DNA from: Strigamia acuminata
Lineage: Eukaryota
DNA length: 64,000 nucleotides
NCBI GenBank assembly: GCA_949358305.1
Contig: OX442314.1
Location: 31,124,001 to 31,188,000, forward strand
Direction: 5' to 3'
Shown here: positions 36,581 to 48,129 of the stretch, in pieces
Numbering within the stretch: the stretch's first letter is position 1
How the letters are laid out: the number at the start of each line of letters is the position of its first letter
Notes under the pieces: model-generated
What the model was told of the DNA's origin: nothing
Seen by the model: the letters and a program-made list of their open reading frames with translations, nothing else
Databases searched by the model: none
Program-made: the position numbers and the translations under genes

Positions 36581-36759
36581 ATCCGACAGAAAAGGTTCTT
36601 TACTCTTCAAAATCACAGGAGAGTGTGCCAAATACACATAGGAGAATTGAAGAGAGAAAAATAACAAAATCACAACAAAGTGACGACCCTTAGTGTGAAT
36701 TATTAACAACAATTAACACAAATTTGGAATAAAAAACAAAAAATGTAGAAAATTTATAA

Positions 36760-36970
36760 CACAATTCCGTGCTATATCTACATGGTCGAATTATTTCATT
36801 GATTGATGTTCAGAATTGTGCTATATCTGTACCTACAGCCCTATTGGTAGGATTATAGCACAAAAATTCTTTGCTGAACACTCATTGCAGGAATTATAGC
36901 ACAGAATTTTGGGCTATATCTGTACCTGCCTTCTGATTGGCAGGATTATAGCACAAAATTCTGTGCTGAA
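36760..36970. repeat. palindromic repeat array
   Basis: Alternating GAATT(TT)GTGCTATA and TATAGCACA(A)AATTC arms, about three units. Confidence 0.75.
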
Positions 36971-37368
36971 AGGTCCCTCTTACTACTCACTTAAAACCAC
37001 ATTTTTTATTATATTGTTTACATAAATTAAAAAAGCATCTCTTTTTGTCATTTACTACCTGGATTTGCTTGACATTTCCCTTTTTTAACTCTTCCATTAC
37101 TTACCTCAAAGTTTAAAAGGATGCAGTTCTGTGAATAAAATAAAAAGGAAGTGTCCTGACATTTGCTTAAACATAATGTATTTTTTTCACTTGAATGACA
37201 CTTAAAAACACTTTTTTCATTTGAAATCACTTAAAAACACGCTTTTTTCATTTGAAAACACACTTTTTATTATTTTGTTTACATAATTTGGACATAAAAT
37301 TTAAAACTTACATGGGTGGAGAAGTCAAATGACTTTGTCTCGTGATGAATGGAATAATCAGCAAACAC

Positions 37369-38650
37369 TTAGAGTGGAATGGAGATGTATTTAATTAGAT
37401 TTTCAAGCAATACTGGAATGGTAAAGAAGAGTCTTTCACCGATTGGTAGCTGACCTTCAGAACAGAGAAGTGTTCCAATCAAGTCCAGGTAGCCTTCTGC
37501 ATCCTCTAAACTGCAAACTGCATTTTGAAATAGATGTGACAGGTGTTTCTCGTCGATTACTTCCATCAATGGAATGTAGGTATTTCTAAGAATGCTGATC
37601 TTCGATGATAAACGGTTCATAAAGTCCGAAATCGATACAATTCCTATCGCATCCTCTAGTACCTCTAGTAAAATTTGAAGCAAGCTTTGGTACATTGTCA
37701 ATGTTAAGCTTGGGATACGCTTTGGCGAAAGAAAGTGTGATAATTCTGCTTTGATATAACACTTAAAATAAAAGCTATACAGAAAACTTAAGCGCTACAT
37801 CACTGTATCGAATGGAGTGTCATTCATTTAAAACCGAATAAATGCAGTGAAATTAGGTAAATCTTTCCGCTAGCTGAATCAAATAAATGGTCGGTAGCGA
37901 TGGATCGTCGTTGCAAAGCAGTCTTCCTATAACCTCCAAATTTGACTGTCCAACATTCAAAGCCGAACGAACAAAATTGTACAACTTCTTTTGTTCTTTG
38001 TTTTCTATCGCTCATATAAAGTCATTAAAGTCAACGCAAGAACTTGTGTTCTTTTCGATGTTCAAAGTCAATTGAGTTAAGGTCGCAGGAACAGTCCATC
38101 GTCTCAGTCCATCTTCACGAATGACGATTACAAGTAAAAGCAGATTTTGATATTGTGATACACTAACATGAGGAATTAACTTTGGTGATATAAACCATCC
38201 AATTTTGCACACTCTTGCAATATGGCACATCTTCAATATCAGTTTACAAATGTCATCATCAATCTCACCTTTCCTCTATCGACATCAGTGTTCCACTGAC
38301 AATATGCGTGTGTAAATCTGATCCGCTATCCTGGTGATGGACTTAGGATATAACAAAGATTATTTGTTTCTTCTATCATTGATAAAAATTCCTCGCACGG
38401 ACTGAGAAATTTTTTCATGTGTTGACATACTCTTCATGACACGTGTAAAACTCAAAACTTATTAGGCCATCTTGGAGGATTTCCAGAACAATAGTGATTA
38501 GGTTTTGACACATTGACGGTTCGGTGAAATGATCCACCCATTTTCGCATGTGTTTAAAATATAACAGAGATTTAAAATGTTTTGATAAATATCATAAAAG
38601 TAAAACTCAACACCATAACTTATTGCTTCTCCTTGATATTGAAAATATTT
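37369..38650 (-). pseudogene. ~400-codon decayed ORF with three internal repeats of an unrecognised helical domain
   Basis: Repeated (W/H)(I/F)(I/L)SPxxxP...Qxxxxxx(E/V)(I/V)L(Q/E)D(G/A)(L/I) motif; the third unit (37369-37790) is open. Confidence 0.7.
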
Positions 38651-38668
38651 TTTTAAAAATCAAGTTTT

Positions 38669-39220
38669 TTAACAGAAAATTCTTTCTCTTGCATGACAAA
38701 TTGTGGATCCGCTCTGGACAACTGCATCGTAGCACGTCCTGCCTCTCAAATTCACTTTCTTCCTCAGTGGGCTCTGGCGGTCCTTGCTGAAACACCCCCT
38801 TGGTATTGGCTTTAATGGAACAATGGGAGGTGTCTTCACCTTTGTTGCTTCCTTCATCTCACCCGCAGATGGTAGGGGATAAGGGGGCGGTGGCATTGCA
38901 AATGCACGTGCAGACGACGGCGGAAACGGAAGAATATTTTCTCTACGTAAAATAAATCAAAGAAAAAATCAATTTTTTAAAACAAAAAGAAAAAAATTTA
39001 AAAATTTAACTTACCGGTGAATAGGAATATCATAAACTAGAAGTGGGAGCGGTTTAGGAGAGTCCGCATTTCCACTACACAGATAATGAAAAAATTAAAA
39101 TTAAAAACAGAAAAAGTAAAAAATAAATAAAGAAAAATATAGCTACCTCATTTCAGCGAAAGCAACTTCACAGGCTTTTTTCACTTCTAATAAAAATTTC
39201 TCCAGAACAAATCCAGCCAT
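38669..39220 (-). pseudogene. three-exon proline/tyrosine-motif gene, copy B
   Basis: Exons 39220-39147, 39074-39015, 38942 onward; MAGFVLEKFLLEVKKAC..VYDIP..PFPP..PPPPYP..PIVPLKP; frameshift before EFERQDVLRCSC. Confidence 0.75.
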
Positions 39221-39890
39221 GCTGAGCTCAGAGTAACTGTAAGACAGTGTGCAAAATCAAAGAAATCAGACACACAATTGAAGATGAAAACAGTTGTTGT
39301 TTTTACTTCACATCTTGTCCTCCGGCGCGTGGATAGTACCCGTGTCAGCGATGGGCAGCTTCGCCTCAGCGCATCCATTCTCCCGAATGCGATTTCTTCC
39401 TTGTTTGGAACCGGGATCGCCCCCGGTTCGCGTGCCTTGGCTGGTTTCAAAGGTGGCGCAGGTGGACTCTCCTGCTTCGGTTTCCACGGCACAAGAAGTC
39501 TTCTTTTTTCAATTACGTCCGTAGCTGGTAGCGGTGGTGGAGGGGGAGGAGAGGATGAAACGCCTACTTCTTTTCTTTTATTTCTTTTTGAAAAGAAAGA
39601 AAGAAAAAAAACGTTATTAAAAAAAAAGAAGAAGAAAACGTTATTAAAAAAAGAAAAATGTGATTAAAAAGAAAGAAAGAAAATATGATTGAAAAGAAAA
39701 TATTACCTTTGTTTCGGGACATTGTAGATGTCACTCATTCTTCCCTTCCTATAAATAAAATAAAAAAGTACAAAAAAACTAAAAAAAATTCAATGAAAAA
39801 TGAAAAAATTTACTCTAGTTCAGCAAGCGCTTCATCACATGCGCGTCTCACACTAAATAAAAATTTCCGTAATATGAAGGTGTCCGACAT
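39187..39890 (-). CDS. three-exon proline/tyrosine-motif gene, copy C (open frame)
   Basis: Exons 39890-39814, 39748-39707, ~39583/39574-39187; MSDTFILRKFLFSVRRAC..IYNVP..PPPPPPLP..PAPPLKP..AFGRMDALRRSC. Confidence 0.7.
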
Positions 39891-40946
39891 GATAGTAGAC
39901 ATCAAATAAAATATGCTCTACTCCTTGTTCTTCTTATACATGCAGGTGTTGTTTTGATTTTCAACATCCTTGATTACGTTTTACTTCCCCATAGGAATGA
40001 CAACAAGTGTTGTCTTTCATGCGCTTAATGAAAGACAATATCACTGATTGTTAAAAGACAACATCACTTAATTATTATTATATGACAAAATCACTTAATT
40101 ATTGTTATAAAAATAGAAGATGTGAAGAAAATATTTGAGTTTTGGTGTGAACGTGTCCGACATGACAGTGGACTTCAAACGAAATATGCTCTGTACAATT
40201 CTGCAGCAATGGTGATGTCACATCTAGTAAATTGTCAAGAGGAAATAATGACATTTTAGTGCTACACCGGTGGAGAGTGACAGAACACCAGAACAAACTA
40301 TTTCTGGTTAATTTGCCATTGTTTATGAAAATTGACTCTTCTCTGCTGACCAGGTCGCATCCATGTTGGCAAGCTTGCCACAAAAGCATTCCATTCTGCA
40401 AGCCCAATATGAGTGTTGCGTGTGAGTATTGCTACCATCCTGCACATTAACATGAAATTTGGTAGTGTGGTCTGTTGCACTGTTACTGAAAAAACTCCTC
40501 TCCCCCCAAAAAAACTTCTTTTGGCCCCCTAAAGAACTGAATTTCCTCCCGAACTCCATTCTGAATTTCACAAATTCCATGTCCGAATTGATGGAAACAA
40601 AGCTGGAAATTAGCAATTTTGATGTACAAACTTGAGACTCACCAGTACTGCGTACCAGTTGAAAATCTTCGCAAATTGGGAAACTCAAATCGCAAGTTGA
40701 AAACTAAGAAATGAAATTGAGGCTTTACGATCCGGGGACAAAGGCATCAAAATGCCGACAACTTGCGAATTTGTACCGGAAAACATCAAAATTCAGTTGA
40801 ATGAGTTCAACAATCTCAGGGATTAGATGAAATCAAAAAATTATCGCCGAAGATTTTTATTTTATTTTGGAACCAAAACAAGAACCATTTTATTTACCGG
40901 ATGAACCAATCACGTGCGCAGTGTTCCAAAACTTATATGGTTGATT

Positions 40947-42316
40947 TGTTGCGATCCTCCGGGATTTCCGCTCTAAACAAATACTTACCTTGTCGGGAGC
41001 GGTTCGCAAGTGAGATGCCGTTTATAGGCCTTATACTCGGCTGGCTGCGTGGTGTGTCTAGGGGTAATTTTATGAAAGGAAAACGACAGTTTGAGTTGAA
41101 TCAAAAGACAAATGAACTTTATTGGTGCGAAAATTACAATATTGTGGTAGGAAATATAAGAAGAGAATTAAGTGATAGGGTTTAATGAATTTAACAGTTA
41201 AAACTAGGGAGAAAGAGTGAGAGAAAGAATGAGAAATAAGACAAGTGAACGGTTACGCTCACTCGTAACAAAGGAAAGTGCGCGACAACGACGGTTGTCG
41301 TTGAGCACGAGTATTTGGCGCGCAACAAACGGCTATTTGTTGCGCTCGGACTCGCCTGAGAAATATTATTTCTTGTTGAAAACAATGACTTTCTATCTGT
41401 AAACTCCGGAGGAAGGCTCACAGGTGGTTTACAGATATCGGCGATGGTTCTCTACGAGAAGTTTGCCGTTGGCGACGACGACGAGAGTACCAGAGTTAAA
41501 CTCGATGGCGCTCTCACATTAATCAACAACGAGCGGGCACAAATTTCTTCGCTCGTACGATGGCGATGAACAGTAAACTCCGGAGGAAAGCTCGCAGGTG
41601 GTTCACGATAGTTCACGGCGACGGTTTGCTCGATCGGCGAGGGCGAGTCTCGGAACAAGTCAACGGGACTCGACGGCGACGATGAGCAGAGTTTCTCGGG
41701 CGTTACCCGAAATTCGTGTTCTGTACGCAAATGTGGCTGGTTCCACCGAATTTATTCAGTGGAAACAGCAATGTCTCTTAACTCACCAAATTGTGTAACC
41801 CGGTCAGCACTAGAATCCTTTTGTTTGAAGTTCTCAGCGATGATCATGTGGGTTGTTGTTGGTGTGTTTGTGTCAAGAGGGGGCGAAACCGCCAAAATTT
41901 GGGGTTTTATGCACTCTCGAAATCTGCGCACTAAATATGTGCAGATTGCTAATTTTGACACAACAAAGGATTTTGTTGCGCCAAAACCGTTAGTATTGCA
42001 CCATAACTGTTGGCTATGGGAAGGGTGGAGTGTGCCCTGGCACACTTCAATTCTGCGTGGCGGATGCTGCGCAGACAGCGTAATTTAGTGAAACAAAGCA
42101 TTTTGCTTCACTAAGCGGTTAATTAACGCCTCACCCCACATAACATTGTGGTGAGCCGTGTTAGGGGAGTTTTTCTCCCCTAAAATATGTAATTGTTTGG
42201 CGTGTGCCAAACACAAATATTACCGAAATAAAATGTAAAATACAACTTCTTCCGTGGTGACTCTTTTATTAATAAAAACACATTAAATTAAATAAAAGTG
42301 GCTCAGGGTCACCACA
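40947..42316. mobile_element. solo LTR, 1370 bp
   Basis: TGTTGCGATCC...GGGTCACCACA, 4-bp TSD GATT; related to 46122-47085. Confidence 0.88.
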
Positions 42317-43350
42317 GATTATAATTTTTTATAAAATTTAAAGATTAGGGAATTCGGAAACCTTATCTCGGACCTCTTACTTGTACTTCGATCATAAATC
42401 ATGAATTTTAGAAGAGATTGTTTTCACGATTAATGATCTCGGGATTCTGGGAAATCTTATCTTCGTTGCAACTGCAATGTTGGAGAGAAAAAAATCATTA
42501 TTTTTCTAACGAATATGTTTATGCAAATTTGTCTAATCTAAAACTTAACGAGTAAGAACCAAAACCTTTATTATTGAATTGAGTGGCAACCTAATTTCTC
42601 TTTTATATCGTCGAGTTTATTCCGTTACCAAGCTCTAGATTGGCATATAAAGCAAATAGAGCCAGCAACAATTTTCTGACAAACCGTGTATGGGTTGATT
42701 GATTGTTTGCTTCCACCAACGCCGTCTCTGAACAATAAACTTCATTTCCTTCAAAAACTTTCAAAGTTTTTCTCAGTATAAGTTATGAAAATTGTAATTA
42801 ATTATAAAGAATAATTACACAATTGATGGTAAACGTTTTTTTTTACATGTGCATCTGGTTTTATTTGAGCAGTTGGTGTCGATGACCCATGTAGAGATAG
42901 AAATATCTATTATTTGTGCGTTGTAGACCAAAAGCTCTTCTGGATTGCCTTTAGCCTGATCGTTTGTTATATTTTGTAATGATTCTGTCTGATTTTTGAA
43001 AGATTAACACTCCATGTCTTTTTCATCTACCTGAGGCTGCAAAAACTGCTAAAAACTAATTCATTAGTTGCAAACAACAGTCCAATAAATGTTGATATCT
43101 TAAGGCTTTGTCTAATTTCTCAATCAAAGATAAAAAATATTAACACCGGGTCCGAGCACAACTCCTGACTTTTTTTATCAAAAGGCAAAAACAGCCAAAA
43201 TTGTTAAAAATTCTTAAAGATTCACACAAGAAAGAAAAATTAGAATACAAATGTGTCGATAACTTTGACAGGCGCAGAAACGCTTGGTGTGCCGGCGTTT
43301 AGGTACGCCATGGATAACTACCTAACCTAGGTAGTAGCAGGCCACTGAAA

Positions 43351-45038
43351 ATGGGCGATAACAGGATGATGGATGACGATTTAACAACCGATTCTTCAAT
43401 TTCGGCGAACATACATCCCGTTTCCATTGCTAATAATTACAGCAACAAAGTCGAAACTGACAACAATGGCAACTACATAAAATTCACATCATGGCCTGCA
43501 AATGCCCCGATGGAAGCGAAAAAGTTAGCCAAAGCCGGTTTTTTCTACACAGGAAACGAATTCGATTTCAAATGCTTCAGCTGCAAACGAACGATCGACA
43601 AATGGAATTTCGGTGACCAAGTAGCCATTCAGAAACTTGCCATCTTGAGTGCGAATTGTGACTTTGTCTAGCACAAATCCGATAACGTACCGATTTTCAT
43701 GCAGCGAGCCAGTTTATACACGTCGGCTTTGAGTGAAGCGGCAGAATCCTTACTATCCAATGCGACCAATTCAACACTTGCTTCCACGTCGAGACCCCAA
43801 AACCTGCGAATTATGTTCTCCATTTCGGCAGCAGCTGCCGCTGCCGGCATGTCTGACCGATCGGATGAAAAAACGTGGGAGAGTTTCGGCAACTTACTAA
43901 GCGAGGCCGAACTGTAAATATTATTTAAGTGATTCTAATAATAAAGCAATGCCAATTGAATGATTCATCAATATGCAAACTAGTTAACATGTGTATTTTA
44001 GCATAAACATAAATAGAAAACCTTTTATAAAATCAAAGTTAATGTTTTATTCAACACTTGATAAAAAGGAAATACAAATTATTTAATTTGAATTGTTAAA
44101 CTTAAATATTAACAAAGATTAATTTGATCTAAGTAATGGATAATATCTTAAATTCAAAAGGTTTATAAAGACAAAGTTTATTTGAAAAATACTAGAAAAA
44201 TTATCTAAGTTATTCTAGAGAAACCTGAAAAATAAACTAAGTTAAAGTAGTCTTAAACCTGAAAAGAAAGAGAAAAATTCTAAGTTAAATTCTCATAGAA
44301 AAGTGATCAAATATAATGTGATTTGAACCTAGGCCAAGCAATGAGGTTGCTGGCCCAAGTGAAAGCTGTGGCTGAAATGAGCTCTCTGAGCTCTGAAAAC
44401 TTTTATATAAGCTCCTATGCTATAGGAGCTCCAACTAATTAGAGAAAAGAGAAATAGAGTGAATAATATTGCACTCTAGTGAGGATAAGAGTAAATAATA
44501 CTAACATCTGCATGATGCTATGTGTTAAAATTCAGTATTATGCAGAAAATGAGGAAATATGCTCAGAATGATAAAGAATATCAAATAAATATAGACAATT
44601 AAATAGCTTATAGAAAAATAAAGATAACATCAATGATGTTATCTTTATTTATTTATTTATTTATGATGTTACATCATGCTTTGTGCATGGATCACTAGAA
44701 ATAAAATGAAATTATACTGTAAACCGAAACATTGGATTAAATATAACAATTTAAATATCCATATCGTATCGAGAAGAGTAGACAAATGAAATATAATATA
44801 ATTTTGTATCTAAACTCTACACGAACGACTCAAAACATTTCGGGGATGGCCGTCGAAGGTCGTAAAACCTGGAGATTTGGCTCAAAACGGCCTTTTCTAT
44901 TTGCGAGATGAAGACAAGGTCCAGTGTTTCTTCTGTCGCGGAGTCGTCGGGCAGTGGGAAGCCGGAGACAATCCTGCCATCGAGCATAGAGAACATTTCC
45001 GGAATTGTCCGTTTATGAACTGCACTGAAACACTCTAG
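43351..45038 (+). pseudogene. inhibitor-of-apoptosis (IAP2-like) gene: degenerate BIR1, linker, intact BIR2; disrupted
   Basis: FTSWPANAPMEAKKLAKAGFFYTG..CFSC..WNFGDQV; TAG at 43669; BIR2 ERLKTFRGWP..LAQNGLFY..DKVQCFFC..WEAGDNPAIEHREHFRNCPF at 44822-45014. Confidence 0.88.
43913..44821. mobile_element. 909-bp solo LTR inserted in the IAP coding sequence
   Basis: TGTA...TACA termini, 5-bp TSD CGAAC; removal restores LLSEAERLKTF. Confidence 0.9.
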
Positions 45039-45330
45039 ATGTGTGTCTACAATTTAATTCAACCACTTGTTCATCCTTCTTCATATTAAATTGATAGACA
45101 CAGCAATCTTCAGTAGAGTCTACCTCTAGTAATTTTCGTTCCAATTCTTGCGGTTGATGTGGTGGTGATGGTGATGGCTGATGGGCTGTCGGCTGATGCA
45201 CTTCTTCTTCGTTTTCATCACCTGAGATGTAAATAAGTTCTTCAGGTTATATGGATACAGACTGCTGCTGTTGGTTCCTCGTAGCTAATTCCATTCGGCA
45301 ACACTCCTGTTCCAATGCCAGTTGGTTTTG
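45013..45330 (-). pseudogene. second RING-H2 remnant, truncated mid-RING
   Basis: Paralog of 23866-24211: EDCCVYQFNMKKDEQVVELNCRH. Confidence 0.8.
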
Positions 45331-46121
45331 AGCAATTTCCAGGTCTCTAAAGATGTAATGTATGCTGAAGTGGTGGTGAAGTTCCCGGTCTTCTCTCTCT
45401 CTGGGTCCGTCTTGGTTAATGAAAACCAAGTCAAAAATGAATTTGGAGTCTAGTGGGAAAATATTATAAAAAGGAAATGATAGAATATAAATCTCACATC
45501 CTCCCCTCCTTAAATCTAAAGAAACTTCTTTAAAAAATATATATCTGATTAAACCCTTAAATATAATATTAATGATAAGAATACAAGTGAAAAAAAATGT
45601 GATACATAAACAAACAAAAACTCTAAACATACAAAATATAATACGCAAATAGAATAACAGAACATTAATACGAAAAACAAAACCTAGTTCCTTCACTGCT
45701 CTTATCCCCATAGATATTCTTCTTCATTTCCTTTATCTTCCTCCAAGCCCATTTCATAAGCAGCTAATTTTATAGAGCTTCGTCTTGCTCAATTTGAATT
45801 TGTGCCTCTTCCATCTGTCGGCCGGCGCTCTTGTTTCCTTCGTTCCTCCGCGATGGTTTCTCTTTGATTTATTGGAGCCACTTCCACAACAATTCTTGAT
45901 GGTCTTGGTCCGAAAGACCAACCTCGTCCTTCTGGCACAGCTCGTACTCCTCGGGACACCATTTCTAGGCAAACTGGTCTTTTCTCCTCGTCTCCTTCTG
46001 GAACTTCTTGTTGATCGGACGATCTTTCTCTCGGGTCTTTTCGGAGTGCTCTTTCTTCTCCTTCTTTCGATTGATAATACACTTGCAGTTTCAAAACAAA
46101 CTGGGTGCATAAGCTTAAGAG

Positions 46122-47085
46122 TGTTGCGATCCGAGAATTTGGTCGATAAATACTTACCTTTTACCAACCAAATCGCAATCGAGATGCCGTTTATAGGCTT
46201 TAAACTCAGTTGCCTGTAAAAATGTCTAGGGAATGAAATAAAGATATTTTTTGAATAAGTAAAAATGACAATTGTTTTTATTCAATAATTTACAATATAT
46301 TTTACGAAATATAATATTAATTTAAGACTAGAAATTAATGAAGAAAGAATAGAAATGAAACGTGAGCGGCAAAGCTCACGCTAAACAAAGGAAACAAACG
46401 GTGTTTGTTGCACACACAAAAATGGCGAGACGGACCCGCCGATACAAATTTCACTGTACGTACGATGGCAAGCTCCGGAGCTGCGGTGGCTTACAATCAT
46501 TTGCGATGGTTCACGGCAAGCGTGGTTGCTGTATCAGCGACGGTGAGTCCTAGATAGTTCAACGGGACTCACGATAACCTACAGTGAGCGGTTTATCGGG
46601 CGTTACCCGAGATTCGAATAAGGTGCATGTAACAGACGATGCCTGTTACACACGAGCGCAAATGGGGCTGGTTCCACCGAAATGTCAGTGGAAACAGCAG
46701 AATGAATCTCAACTCACCAAACTTAACACTGTCAATACTTGAAGTTTCAGGGTTTTTCCTTTTCAAAGCAGTGATGTTGTGTTGTTGTTGGTGATGATGT
46801 CAAGAGTGAGCAAAACCGCCAAAATTTGGGGTTTTATGCACTCTCAGGTCCTGCGCACAAAATGTGCGTAGAGAGTCAATTTTGGTGCCACAAAAGGATT
46901 TATTGCACCACAATTGCTGCTCTAGCGTAATACCCTGGCTAAAAGAGGGTGAAGTGTGCCCGGGGAGTTTCCACCTCCAAGTCACACTTCGCAGGTGTTC
47001 GGTGTGTGTCACATTAAACAATTAAATAAATAATTATTTAAGTGGTGACAAGGATTTTATGTGGAATAAAACCAGGGTCACCACA
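46122..47085. mobile_element. solo LTR, 964 bp
   Basis: TGTTGCGATCC...GGGTCACCACA, 4-bp TSD AGAG. Confidence 0.9.
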
Positions 47086-47914
47086 AGAGAGACAACACAA
47101 ACTCTAGAACCAATGAGGCAAACATCGTGAATGTTATGATTCCTTGCTCTTGACTTTTTTTTATAGAACTTTGTTCTTCACCAACTTCTGATTCAATTTC
47201 TGATATCAGTTGCTTGTTCTCTGACACTTCGTTCTCATTTCACCCTTTCCAACTGTCACTTTCACATATACACAATAACTCAATTTTTCCTTAGGTTACC
47301 TCACTTAATAATTTGTTTACATTCAACATTTTTTAACTCTAACAACTGTCTTAAATAATTATCTGAATAAAATACAAAATTTATGCATCAAGCTTACAAT
47401 TTTTTTAGCAAAACAGTATTAAGCACTGCAACAAAAAAAAAATATTATTAAATCAAGTTTCTATAATTCTTCTCGGAGTCCTGCCTGAATTTTCTCCCCT
47501 TTCAATTGTTACATTAGGACTACTTTGTCCCCTAACATTATCAATCTCATCTACTTCTTCCCACTCACAAGTCAGTATTATCTAAATCAACTTCTATATT
47601 TTGCCTTTTATTCTTCCTGTTTCTTTTGTTTCTATTTCTATGTCTCAAGGCCTGATATTTTACATTCCAATTATTACATATAAATTTACCCACTATGAAG
47701 AGAATAATTAATAAGGTCAAAATAATATTGACAATTGACAAAACGTGATAATTAAAATTATTGTGTACCGTGTAAACTGATTCCTAATCATTCATTCTGC
47801 TCAAGTCCATTTATATGTGATTCATGATCACGCCATCCCCTCTTGTAAAATTACTCCCCATATCAGTTATCAATGATTTTCGAGACTTCGAAATAATCCA
47901 GCTGCGATTGCAGC

Positions 47915-48129
47915 CAGGGGCGGATCTAGCTTTTCGGGGGCCCGGGGCTTGAGGTTTTTTTGGGGCTCCTTTATCGAAATTTTTAATAGCGACCTTTCAT
48001 CTTTTTTGTTTTTTAGCGACCTTTTTTTTTTTTTTTTTTTTTAGTACATGGCCCTGCGTCTTGGGGGCTCCCTAGAATTTGGGGGCCCGGGGCTCAAGCC
48101 CCATTAGCCTCTATGTAGATCCGCCCCTG
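47915..48129. mobile_element. hAT-type MITE, 215 bp
   Basis: 14-bp TIR CAGGGGCGGATCTA; perfect 8-bp TSD ATTGCAGC. Confidence 0.95.

Noticed and set aside
31500..39970. Copies A and B/C as the terminal inverted repeats of the Polinton
   Set aside because: They are inverted but too diverged, lack AG...CT termini and a 6-bp TSD, and behave as paralogous genes.
40100..40860. Possible decayed coding region
   Set aside because: Several short ORFs but no motif I can support.
45754..46219. Arg-rich protamine-like and Leu-rich membrane ORFs (also 55271-55716)
   Set aside because: Starts lie inside the solo LTR and the composition reflects purine-strand bias; the true frame is unresolved.
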